A stretch of DNA of 64,000 nucleotides. It comes from Chitinophagales bacterium (GTDB taxonomy: Bacteria; Bacteroidota; Bacteroidia; Chitinophagales; CAIOSU01). The translations under genes and the position numbers were made by a program. Under the pieces are notes generated by a model that did not search any database, had not been told where the DNA came from, and saw only the letters and a program-made list of their open reading frames with translations. Positions 1 to 8,490 of this stretch are shown in pieces. How positions within the stretch are numbered: position 1 is the stretch's first letter; each line of letters begins with the position of its first letter. The stretch covers positions 27,723 through 91,722 of the forward strand of contig JAGYJT010000002.1 of assembly GCA_018401955.1 (NCBI GenBank). The letters are read 5' to 3'.

Positions 1-193
1 TAACTGGGTTGAAAACGATACCGATAATACTAAATACAATAACCCAAAAGCCTAAACCCTTTTCATATTCAGTAACTACAACAGCGATTGCTCCAATGGT
101 AACGAATATTCTTAAAAAGGTATAGTAGCCAATAGGTAAATTGGCAACTGCTGCGAATAGGGCAATGGCGCAACTGAACAAAAGTATTTTCAC
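1..193 (-). CDS. DUF6804-like membrane protein (runs off window, not in ORF track)
   Basis: Manual translation from GTG at 193: MKILLFSCAIALFAAVANLPIGYYTFLRIFVTIGA...FNPV; LPxGYYTxLR and FNP motifs. Confidence 0.7.
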   Translation of the reverse strand, partial: MKILLFSCAIALFAAVANLPIGYYTFLRIFVTIGAIAVVVTEYEKGLGFWVIVFSIIGIVFNPV

Positions 194-302
194 TAATTAA
201 CAGATTGGACTTGGTGAAGATAGAAATAATTTTCATATCCTATTTAACCTACAACCAACATTAATTGCAGTAGGCATTTTTAGCCCGTTTTAAGGTGGTT
301 TG

Positions 303-512
303 CTATGAATTGGACACTAAGTCAGCCAAAGTAGTTTCTAGCCCGCTACAGAGTTCTAAAAGGTATAAATAACTGGGGTTAACTCCTCCTCTTTCCAATC
401 GGCTAATTGATTCCCTGTCTTTATCAATTTTATGGGCAAGTTGGGCTTGGGTTAGTTTCAAGGCTTTTCTCCTAGCCCTTACTTTTTTACCCAACTCCTC
501 CAGTTTTTCCAT
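303..512 (-). CDS. XRE/Cro-family HTH transcriptional regulator
   Basis: LTQAQLA...RESISRLERG..NPS HTH_3 signature, 69 aa. Confidence 0.9.
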   Translation of the reverse strand: MEKLEELGKKVRARRKALKLTQAQLAHKIDKDRESISRLERGGVNPSYLYLLELCSGLETTLADLVSNS

Positions 513-623
513 AACACAAAAGTTGCCCTTTGGTTAATCTTGTTGCGGAACGAATTTGTTACATCTCGCATTTTTTTCTACATTTACCAAATCATTATTA
601 GTTAACAATTTCAACTGTAAAAC

Positions 624-812
624 ATGAAAACAAAAATCATTGCAGGCTTGGTAGCCTGTATGACAATTGTAGGAGCTTATTCCTTTACTTCCTCATACCA
701 CGAACCCGATTGCCAATATGGTCAATGTTCTAAAATAAAGACTGACGGCTATCAATGTAGAAGCTGTAGGCAGGAAGGAAGCTATTACTGTTGGAGTCAT
801 CGCCCTTGGTAA
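624..812 (+). CDS. Small secreted protein with Cys/His zinc-finger-like C-terminus (DUF5763-like)
   Basis: Signal peptide then QCSKIKTDGYQCRSCRQEGSYYCWSH. Confidence 0.65.
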   Translation: MKTKIIAGLVACMTIVGAYSFTSSYHEPDCQYGQCSKIKTDGYQCRSCRQEGSYYCWSHRPW

Positions 813-838
813 TTTCTTTCATTAGCAAATTTTTAGTT

Positions 839-1228
839 ATGAAACATTTATGTGTTTTAATAGTACTCTTATGTTGTTTCAGCTTTGAAGGTTTTTCACA
901 AAGGGGGATTCAATACACCCCTTATGTAGAAAACTGGGATAAAAACCTAGCTGGTCAAGCACTTTTGCAAAGACAAGCCCAATACGACCAAAATAGAAAT
1001 AAGATACAACAAAAGGTAGAGGCTATAAAGGCTCTATTTGCACAGTTTGCTGGTGCCTACCAGTATAATGAGTCAAGGTTTAACAGCCTAGCGGTAGACT
1101 TCGACTACTTTACCAATACAATGGTGCCCAGTATACAAGGTGATTTTGGTGATACAAACATCTTTTACTCATGGTGGAATTGGCTGGATGAATATCAATA
1201 CAAATTAATCAGAGAATATTCTAACTAA
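839..1228 (+). CDS. Hypothetical secreted protein
   Basis: ATG at 839 gives MKHLCVLIVLLCCFSFEGFSQ signal peptide. Confidence 0.7.
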   Translation: MKHLCVLIVLLCCFSFEGFSQRGIQYTPYVENWDKNLAGQALLQRQAQYDQNRNKIQQKVEAIKALFAQFAGAYQYNESRFNSLAVDFDYFTNTMVPSIQGDFGDTNIFYSWWNWLDEYQYKLIREYSN

Positions 1229-1460
1229 CTTTACTAAAAACCAACTTATGCTTTTTATCAAAATAGATGGAATTGATTTCCCCATCCACAGAATCAGCCA
1301 AATCAACAGGTAATAGATGCAAGCATTGTATAAGCAATTCAGGGGACTTGTATTGTTATCAGCACGATTAATGAAAAGTATCTTGCTTGTCTCGTTATCA
1401 TATGGGGGCAGTTCCTAGAATGATATATTATTGTTAATTCAAAAAGTAACGGCTAGAAAA

Positions 1461-1709
1461 ATGAGCAAACTTCTTAGAAACTCACTTATCATTTGGGCAT
1501 TGTTGACCCTATTGATGACCTACGTACCCTATTCTGCAAATAAAGACGGTACAAGTTATGCAAACCCAATCTATAAGACATTAGAGGAGCAACGCAACCC
1601 TACATTGCTATTTTTTAGACTACTACCTGTGGGTGCATTATTGGCAGGGCTTATTGTGGGCTCAGGGGCAACGGTGGTTTACTTTACTGGAAAAAAGAAG
1701 AGTCAATAA
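1461..1709 (+). CDS. Hypothetical two-TM membrane protein
   Basis: ATG at 1461; two hydrophobic segments and a basic tail. Confidence 0.6.
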   Translation: MSKLLRNSLIIWALLTLLMTYVPYSANKDGTSYANPIYKTLEEQRNPTLLFFRLLPVGALLAGLIVGSGATVVYFTGKKKSQ

Positions 1710-1726
1710 CCATTTAAACTCATCCT

Positions 1727-2107
1727 ATGCGATATTTATTTTTTTCAGCCTTTATACTTTTATTTGGTTTAAACGTTTTTGCGCAAAACCAGCGCCTTAG
1801 TGATAAATATATGGCTTACAATCTTACTTCCCTATCCTTAACGAAAGTTATAGATGAAAGCGGTTTTAAACCTAGAAAAATCACTAGCGATGCTACTACT
1901 TTTAGGTCTTTGGTTTTACAATTGGATAACCAAACCATTCAGCAGCTTAACATCGATACTTGGTGGTTATGTTCCCAAAAGCACGAGGAAAATTTTCAGA
2001 TATATAATATGTACTACAAGCCCATAAGCAAGGTATATTTTGACGCAAACTGTAAGGAGTTAATTGCGTTAATGGAAATTGATGGCACTGTAATACAACC
2101 CAAATAA
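1727..2107 (+). CDS. Hypothetical secreted protein
   Basis: Signal peptide ending VFA-Q. Confidence 0.7.
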   Translation: MRYLFFSAFILLFGLNVFAQNQRLSDKYMAYNLTSLSLTKVIDESGFKPRKITSDATTFRSLVLQLDNQTIQQLNIDTWWLCSQKHEENFQIYNMYYKPISKVYFDANCKELIALMEIDGTVIQPK

Positions 2108-2139
2108 TCGAATAAATCCACACCTTTTCATATAGTTTT

Positions 2140-2409
2140 ATGGTTTTAATCAAAAGCTCAATAGTCTTAGAAGGTATTTCTACTGCAATTACCTTATTAA
2201 TTATTGTCCCTATTTTTTTAGCGTTTTCACTGTTATTTGGTCGTTTAATTCTACACGCTCTCAAAGTAGCGGAATTCGAAGGAAGTAAAAACGGTATAGG
2301 ATGGAACATTTTGGCAATAATAATCGGTGCAATACCAGCAATTATTTTTATAATAATCGCAAATAGCTTTGAAGTTTCAGACAGTCAAATTAGAGGTTGG
2401 CCTGAATAG
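2140..2409 (+). CDS. Hypothetical membrane protein
   Basis: Two TM helices, same orientation as neighbouring cargo genes. Confidence 0.55.
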   Translation: MVLIKSSIVLEGISTAITLLIIVPIFLAFSLLFGRLILHALKVAEFEGSKNGIGWNILAIIIGAIPAIIFIIIANSFEVSDSQIRGWPE

Positions 2410-2720
2410 TAACTTCTATTAAATAGTACTAACCTACCCCATTGGCTACAATGGTAAGCTAATATTTAGTTTATAATACCATTGCTTTTTGGGGAATACT
2501 TATCAGTCGAAAACGGCAATTAGAAATACTATTTGCATTCGTCACAGAACAAAAGTGGATAGACTGGTTTAGCTGTAAAGTGATATTCAAAACCGTAAAG
2601 AATTAGGACAATACAACTTGTTTGAATTAATAAGAGGTTTCTATTAACTTTATCATTAGCCTGTCCGCTTTAATATGCAGTTACATTTAGGGTTTTTAAA
2701 CTATTGAAGAAAAAATTTAC

Positions 2721-3092
2721 TTGGCTAGACAACTTAAAATAAATTTATCAAAAAGGAAAAAGGGTTATAAAGACCTGCCTATAGAGATAAAGTCAATTAT
2801 TGAATTAAAGCATGAGCAAACATGCCCAAAGAACCTAATTGAAGGGGCAAGGCAATTTATAGATACAGACGGGAAAACTATTAAGGATGTATTGCGAGGG
2901 CTATACATTACGGTAGAGAAATGTCCAATTGATTGGGAAGCAATTCTAGCATTAGCAGCACAAGCTAACGGTAAAGAATCGCTACCCGAACCAATTATGG
3001 AGTTAATATTGAAAAGGTACCAGCTAGAGCACTTAACTTGTGAAATAAGTGCCTTATGGGATTGGCTTGATGGAGTACCGGAACATCTTTAA
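2721..3092 (+). CDS. Hypothetical protein
   Basis: 123-aa ORF, TTG start after A-rich leader, stop overlaps convergent gene. Confidence 0.55.
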   Translation: MARQLKINLSKRKKGYKDLPIEIKSIIELKHEQTCPKNLIEGARQFIDTDGKTIKDVLRGLYITVEKCPIDWEAILALAAQANGKESLPEPIMELILKRYQLEHLTCEISALWDWLDGVPEHL

Positions 3093-4726
3093 GCGGCCAA
3101 TTCGTGTATTACACAATCCACGCACCAAGGGTCAAAATGTAATTCGGGAGCTTTTGGTAAGTAACGGGTGAACACCTCCTCAACCTTTGCCTTTAAAGCC
3201 CATTTAAACCGCTCCTGAGTGGTTATAGAATCGTGAATGGTAAATACTGCCGCTTCGGGGTTTTCATCGCAAAACTCCCTTGTAATGACTTCAAGTACAA
3301 ACCAAGCTTCTAAATACTGTAATACCCTACTAAACATCTTATAGCCATCTTTTTCAATTGTGCCCTGTGGAGATTGCTTAACAGTGCAAACGAACTCGTG
3401 GATATTAGGAAAATAGGCTTTAAAATACGGCTCTAGGTGATTGTTTTTCATTTCCCCACCAATGTATCTTACAAACAATGCTTTTGAACAAGCCCTTCCC
3501 CTTTCAACTTCGCTTGGGTACTTTGCTAAAGGGAATTGATAATCCAAAGGCTCGTAATTAATCTTGCCTTTTGCCTCAGTGGGCAGTTTTATATAGTACG
3601 GATAGATATCACCCCAAGCTCCTATATTAAAATCGTGAGCATGGTAATAGATACTACCTGACGATGTAAGATTAAAGAACATTTCCAATTCCTTTTCAGG
3701 TATGCTAGAACCTTCTAAAATCGGGGGTATAGAAAAAGCGCACATAATGGTTCTATGTATTTCCTTTTCCTCTTTTCTCTTTCCTTTATCCTCTTTCTTA
3801 CCTTCCCCTAAATCATATTTTTGGCATTTTTTGGAAATTTGGGCAATTATTGGTGTAATGGCCTCTTTTCGCAAAAGTATGTTCATTAAATATGGCTGGC
3901 AATTCTTTATATCGAGTGATACAAGGGTATCCCCTCTGTAATTCAAAAATTTTCGAAAATCTGACTTTAGGTTAGTGATAGGCGTTGATAGCCTGTTTAC
4001 CTTATCGCTAATTGAAAACCTGCCATCACAATCTTTTATGGCATTTATCTGACTGCAATAAATCTTATACAGCTTATCGTCAATTACCCCGTCCACATCA
4101 GTGCAAAGCGTTCGGGCATAATCTTTACAATTGCTCTCATCAACATACAACCCTTTATAGAACCCACGGAATAGATACTGATGGCTATCAATAAACTGTT
4201 CGTTAAGTAGCTTCTTATTGGCCTTTTCAAGTGCCCTATCTACCATTGGCTTTGGTATCCTTTCTCTATAGGTTTTGCGTGTCTGAAAGTACTTTTTATT
4301 AAAGGTGTGACGTTTGGAATACCTATCGGATTGATATGAACTTCCCAAATTAAGCACCCTACAATCGCAGAGATATTTAAGATACTCACTGTAATGATTA
4401 ACTGCTTCTTTCAATATTACACTATGGACTGAGGTTGTTAAGTAATCGGGGGAATCAATGTCGGTTTCCATATTCCTATATAGAATATCTACCAGTAACT
4501 TGAGCCTGTTCAAGTTTGGTTTAGTTTCTTCCTTAAAACGCTTTGAACTCTCTAGTGGATATTTTTCCAGCAGCTTGTTAAAGTCCAGGCCACTAGGTAA
4601 CTCGAACATCTTTCTGCCCCCTATTACCCTGTTAGCTGGTATATATTCAAAGGTGTAACTGTTGTCAACCTTTAAACTTTGATTATCCGAATTGAAGTCA
4701 TTGTTTTTATGTAGATTTCTGTTCAT
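3089..4726 (-). CDS. Divergent family-A-like nucleic acid polymerase (TV-Pol-like), putative replication protein
   Basis: NRLSTPITNL; motif A LVSLDIKNCQP; O-helix-like RACSKALFVRYIGG; LQYLEA; motif C TIHDS. Confidence 0.7.
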   Translation of the reverse strand: MNRNLHKNNDFNSDNQSLKVDNSYTFEYIPANRVIGGRKMFELPSGLDFNKLLEKYPLESSKRFKEETKPNLNRLKLLVDILYRNMETDIDSPDYLTTSVHSVILKEAVNHYSEYLKYLCDCRVLNLGSSYQSDRYSKRHTFNKKYFQTRKTYRERIPKPMVDRALEKANKKLLNEQFIDSHQYLFRGFYKGLYVDESNCKDYARTLCTDVDGVIDDKLYKIYCSQINAIKDCDGRFSISDKVNRLSTPITNLKSDFRKFLNYRGDTLVSLDIKNCQPYLMNILLRKEAITPIIAQISKKCQKYDLGEGKKEDKGKRKEEKEIHRTIMCAFSIPPILEGSSIPEKELEMFFNLTSSGSIYYHAHDFNIGAWGDIYPYYIKLPTEAKGKINYEPLDYQFPLAKYPSEVERGRACSKALFVRYIGGEMKNNHLEPYFKAYFPNIHEFVCTVKQSPQGTIEKDGYKMFSRVLQYLEAWFVLEVITREFCDENPEAAVFTIHDSITTQERFKWALKAKVEEVFTRYLPKAPELHFDPWCVDCVIHELAA

Positions 4727-5292
4727 ACTTTGTTATCATTTTTTAGGTTAAATGATAGTTTAGCATAGTCCAAAAACCACCGATAATTTAAATATTCTGT
4801 TATTGCTAATGTGGAATTTTCGCAATTTACGGGAATATGAAAAGTGATTGACTCGGTTGAATATTCGATTGAATGAACCCCAATATTTTCAACTAATACT
4901 TGCTCTCTTAAATTACGAAATGCCAAATCAGATATTTCAGAATAGAAATCAGATTGTTCAATAAGAATAGCGAAAGCTTTTTCTAGGAATGGCAATGCCT
5001 TTGGAAACTGTTCATGCAATTTACTTATGTTGCAAGAATAGCTTACAAAGTTGTTATTTACGGTTGCATTAAACAAAGGAAACTCATACAATTGAGCTTT
5101 CATTTTAAAATACTGCTCTTCAGCTTCAGGGTCTTCTAATTCAAGTTTAAGCGCATCACAAAGGCTTGAAAATAGTGACCTGTTGCTTTCAGATAGATTA
5201 ATGTCAGCTAATATTTCTTGATTAAAAGGGGAATCAAGAACCTCAAAAAAGACTACCTGTTTCGGATACTTTAAAGTTAATATATTACCCAT
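4723..5292 (-). CDS. Hypothetical protein of the element replication operon
   Basis: 189 aa, overlaps both neighbours (translational coupling). Confidence 0.65.
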   Translation of the reverse strand: MGNILTLKYPKQVVFFEVLDSPFNQEILADINLSESNRSLFSSLCDALKLELEDPEAEEQYFKMKAQLYEFPLFNATVNNNFVSYSCNISKLHEQFPKALPFLEKAFAILIEQSDFYSEISDLAFRNLREQVLVENIGVHSIEYSTESITFHIPVNCENSTLAITEYLNYRWFLDYAKLSFNLKNDNKV

Positions 5293-5575
5293 TTTGCCCT
5301 CCCATTTTAAGGGTTATAAAGGCTGCATCAATCTCGGACTTTTTAAAGCGTGGCTGGCCTCCTATATAATGCTTTTGCAGGATGCCTTTGTTCGACCATT
5401 CGTGAAGTGTTGTATTGCTTATAGCAATGTACTTACGAGCCTGTGTTGGGGTAAGATACCCGTCATTTTCGAGGGGCGTGGGAGGCTTGTGTTCTTTTAG
5501 AATGTTTCTGACTTCCTCGCTAATAAATAGTTTTAGGGTGTCAATAAATGAAGGTTGGAAAATTGCTAAACTCAT
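5285..5575 (-). CDS. Excisionase-family (HTH_17) DNA-binding protein
   Basis: YLTPTQARKYIAISNTTLHEW...IGGQPRFKKSEI winged-HTH pattern. Confidence 0.9.
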   Translation of the reverse strand: MSLAIFQPSFIDTLKLFISEEVRNILKEHKPPTPLENDGYLTPTQARKYIAISNTTLHEWSNKGILQKHYIGGQPRFKKSEIDAAFITLKMGGQNG

Positions 5576-5686
5576 AGGCTTTGCAGTTGTTTTAGTTAAA
5601 GAATTCAGCCATCTAGCTGATTTACAACTGCAATACTAAATATTAGCTAATTGGGACTACAATAGTGGGAAGATTTCGTTCCCACA

Positions 5687-6835
5687 TTAATTTTTATAGA
5701 AACGATTTGCTACAAATTGACCACTGTTTTTAGGGAATTTTTCTAAAAGAATTTTGGTAATGTTTGCTGAATCGCTAACGAGGGGGTTGTAGGCTTTGTT
5801 AGGATGGTTTTTTTCATTATAGTATCTCAGAAAATTATCTTTCACCAGATGCTTATTAACGGGTGCTGTTAATTCGGCATGAAACAACTGATGTAAGATT
5901 TGAGGGATTGTTTTTTTGTAATTACTTGAAAATTCCAGATGTTCTATAATGCCTAGAACATGGCATAAAACATAAAATTGTGTTTTCTCAAACAGCTTGG
6001 TATTAATAGGGAAGTATTTTCTTATTATGTATGTATCTTGAGCTAGCATGCGAATAAACAAATCCTCGCTGACATTGAATTTTTTTAAATAATCTAATAG
6101 CAAATAATGACTTAGAATGTGTTTTACCCTTACAACTCTTTCATTAATTGCATTTGAATTGGATAAAGATAGTTGCTCAAGTTTTTCCTTTGCTATTGGG
6201 TGATTAATATTGCTATACTTATCTCTTAACCATAGCAGCCTAGAATCAATTACTTTAATACTAAAATCTAAAAATTGCTTCAACACTAAATATTGGACTC
6301 CTTCTGTAGGAAAATTAGGGATGTTTGCAATGTTTAGAACAATATCCTTCTTAATAAAATATCCATCAATTACTTCCCCAAATGCTCTAAATTCTTGCTC
6401 AGCAAATCTTGCATTGGTTAATTTCTCTTCAAAGAGCTCAAAATGTGGTTTTGCATTTTCCATTAATACATCATCGGGAAATGGGCGTTCATTATAATAT
6501 CCCGAAAGGAAATAATCAGAAGTAATATATTCTGCAATCTCGTCATAGTTCAGAGTGTAGCGTAGTTCTTCCTCAGACTCACCATTTAACCACTTTTGGA
6601 AAACATCATCACTTACAACTTGCTCATAAATTTCACCATTCCCCCAATGACACCAAAGAATGCGCTTAATCTTTACAAATGCAGTGTTCTCTGGATATTT
6701 TTCTGGCTCTTGCGCATGATTCAAAAGGGCTTCTTCGCTTTTATAGACCCTACCAAAGGAATAAATCACATCCTGTAAATCTTCAATCGTTTCAATAAAT
6801 GGGAACGGATTAATAGTGATTTTGTCCTGATACAT
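5687..6835 (-). CDS. Hypothetical protein directly downstream of integrase
   Basis: 382-aa ORF, no motif recognised. Confidence 0.7.
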   Translation of the reverse strand: MYQDKITINPFPFIETIEDLQDVIYSFGRVYKSEEALLNHAQEPEKYPENTAFVKIKRILWCHWGNGEIYEQVVSDDVFQKWLNGESEEELRYTLNYDEIAEYITSDYFLSGYYNERPFPDDVLMENAKPHFELFEEKLTNARFAEQEFRAFGEVIDGYFIKKDIVLNIANIPNFPTEGVQYLVLKQFLDFSIKVIDSRLLWLRDKYSNINHPIAKEKLEQLSLSNSNAINERVVRVKHILSHYLLLDYLKKFNVSEDLFIRMLAQDTYIIRKYFPINTKLFEKTQFYVLCHVLGIIEHLEFSSNYKKTIPQILHQLFHAELTAPVNKHLVKDNFLRYYNEKNHPNKAYNPLVSDSANITKILLEKFPKNSGQFVANRFYKN

Positions 6836-6850
6836 AGAAGAGCGTTAATC

Positions 6851-8134
6851 TTATTTAAAAAACGAATTAGCGGCCAACCTATCAGCGGTTTGCTCTTTGG
6901 TAATCTTAATATACTTCAAAAGGTTAGCTTCCTTGGTATGGCCCGTTATTTTCATTATATCCAATGGGGCGACCCCTGCTAAGTACATCAACGTTGCACC
7001 TGTGCGCCTAGCCGTATGTGTTTTAACCATTTCGTACTTGGGCTTGTAGCTGGTTTCCCTCTTTCCTCCTATTGTAGCGTTTATTTCTACATTCTCATTC
7101 AATCCTGCCAACTTGCACACTTCTTTAATGTATTGGTTCAACTTTTGCTCGTGCGTTTTGGGCAGGTTAAAGTTATACTTTTTGAGTATATCTACTACCA
7201 GTGGTTTTAGTGGAATGATAACCTTTGTGTTAGTTTTGGTGGTATTAAGTTCTAGCACATACTTACCCTGCTTTTCCTTTACCATATCGCTGTGTATGCG
7301 TGAGTAATCGGAATACCTTAATGCCGTGTAACAACCTACAATAAACACATCCCTAACAAGTGCATAATTGGGCTTATCTGTAAGGTCCACTTTGCACATT
7401 GTTTCTAGTTCCTTCTCGGTTAAGTACACATTATCAGCATTTTCCGTTGGTGCTTCAAATGTGCTGTGCGAGTATATCAAATTGTTATGCAAACCTGCCT
7501 CAAAGGCATCTTTCATTATGACTTTGATAAACTTAATGCTCTTACCTACAGAGTTTATTTTGTAACCCTTGTCGTTTAAAAAATTCACAAACGAGCGATA
7601 AAAGTCCTTATCAATTGCATCAAAACTCAGTTTAGTGCTATACTCATTCAGCAGGGTACGAAAAGTAGTATAAGTTCTCATAGTACCCTTGGTGTACTTT
7701 TTACCCTTATATAGTTTCACCCCTTTTTCACACCTATCAATAAAATCATCTAGGTAACTATTGAAAGAGGTTATATCAACTTTTTTTATCTGTGGCTTGT
7801 ATATCTCGTCTAGCTTTTCCTTTAGCCTATCTTTTGTTACTACCTTATCGTATTTCAACAAGTCGGAAAGAATGCGGTTTGTGTCGCTTTCTAGGTTAGA
7901 GATTATAGCATTGATATTCTTTTGCTCAATCAGTATGTTAGCGTTTATAGCTTTATAGGGCTTAAGTGTTTCAGTTGCTACAATAGCCCTTTGCGTTGTC
8001 TTGTCAAACAATTCTGGTATTACCTTACATGGTGTGTAATATTTGAAAAGTCCTTCTCTTAGTTTAATGCCCATGTAAATCGATGATTCATCGGCCTTTG
8101 GGGACTTTAGGTAGAAGTTTGGAGTAGCTGCCAT
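6851..8134 (-). CDS. Site-specific tyrosine recombinase/integrase
   Basis: Catalytic motifs TALRYSD, TTKT, HTARRT, GHT, KYI; SAM-like middle domain. Confidence 0.96.
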   Translation of the reverse strand: MAATPNFYLKSPKADESSIYMGIKLREGLFKYYTPCKVIPELFDKTTQRAIVATETLKPYKAINANILIEQKNINAIISNLESDTNRILSDLLKYDKVVTKDRLKEKLDEIYKPQIKKVDITSFNSYLDDFIDRCEKGVKLYKGKKYTKGTMRTYTTFRTLLNEYSTKLSFDAIDKDFYRSFVNFLNDKGYKINSVGKSIKFIKVIMKDAFEAGLHNNLIYSHSTFEAPTENADNVYLTEKELETMCKVDLTDKPNYALVRDVFIVGCYTALRYSDYSRIHSDMVKEKQGKYVLELNTTKTNTKVIIPLKPLVVDILKKYNFNLPKTHEQKLNQYIKEVCKLAGLNENVEINATIGGKRETSYKPKYEMVKTHTARRTGATLMYLAGVAPLDIMKITGHTKEANLLKYIKITKEQTADRLAANSFFK

Positions 8135-8307
8135 AACTGTAAATTGTTTACAACAAGATAGGGATTTTTAGGCATAAAGGGTAACTTTTGGGGGAACTTT
8201 ATGCCATACCGACACGAACACTAACAAACCTACAATCCTTACAAATAAAGACTTTTACAAATTACCCTATTCGTCTTAATTCGGGTCAATTCGGGATTTG
8301 AGGTGCG

Positions 8308-8320
8308 CTCCCGACCTCCA
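8308..8320 (+). other. Putative att core, tRNA-Ala-like 3' remnant
   Basis: CTCCC-GACCTCC-A fits T-stem 3' strand, acceptor strand with U70, and discriminator A73; followed by a terminator. Confidence 0.55.
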
Positions 8321-8356
8321 AAAACCATCTAGTTGAAAAACTAGGTGGTTTTTTTT
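8320..8356 (+). terminator. Intrinsic terminator
   Basis: AAAAACCATCTAG-loop-CTAGGTGGTTTTTTTT. Confidence 0.8.
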
Positions 8357-8490
8357 ATGTAGGTATAGCATGTGCACTGTTAAGTAAGTTACATACAACC
8401 AATAAAAAAGGACAGAACAGGGCACCCTTAAAGGCCCCATTGTAGCCAGAATAATTGCTTTAGAATTTATATAAACAGGAGCAATAAGTA

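Larger units (their letters stand above)
1..8320. mobile_element. Integrated element (right part; left end outside window), tyrosine-integrase type
   Basis: Integrase, Xis-like HTH and replication-type gene in one operon; visibly AT-richer than flank; ends at a tRNA-like 3' remnant plus terminator. Confidence 0.85.

Noticed and set aside
1248-1423. Short ORF fragments between cargo genes
   Set aside because: Interrupted by stops and too short to support a call
1-8134. Complete prophage or recognised defence system
   Set aside because: No terminase, capsid, tail or lysis genes and no defence-family motifs that I could recognise in the visible part
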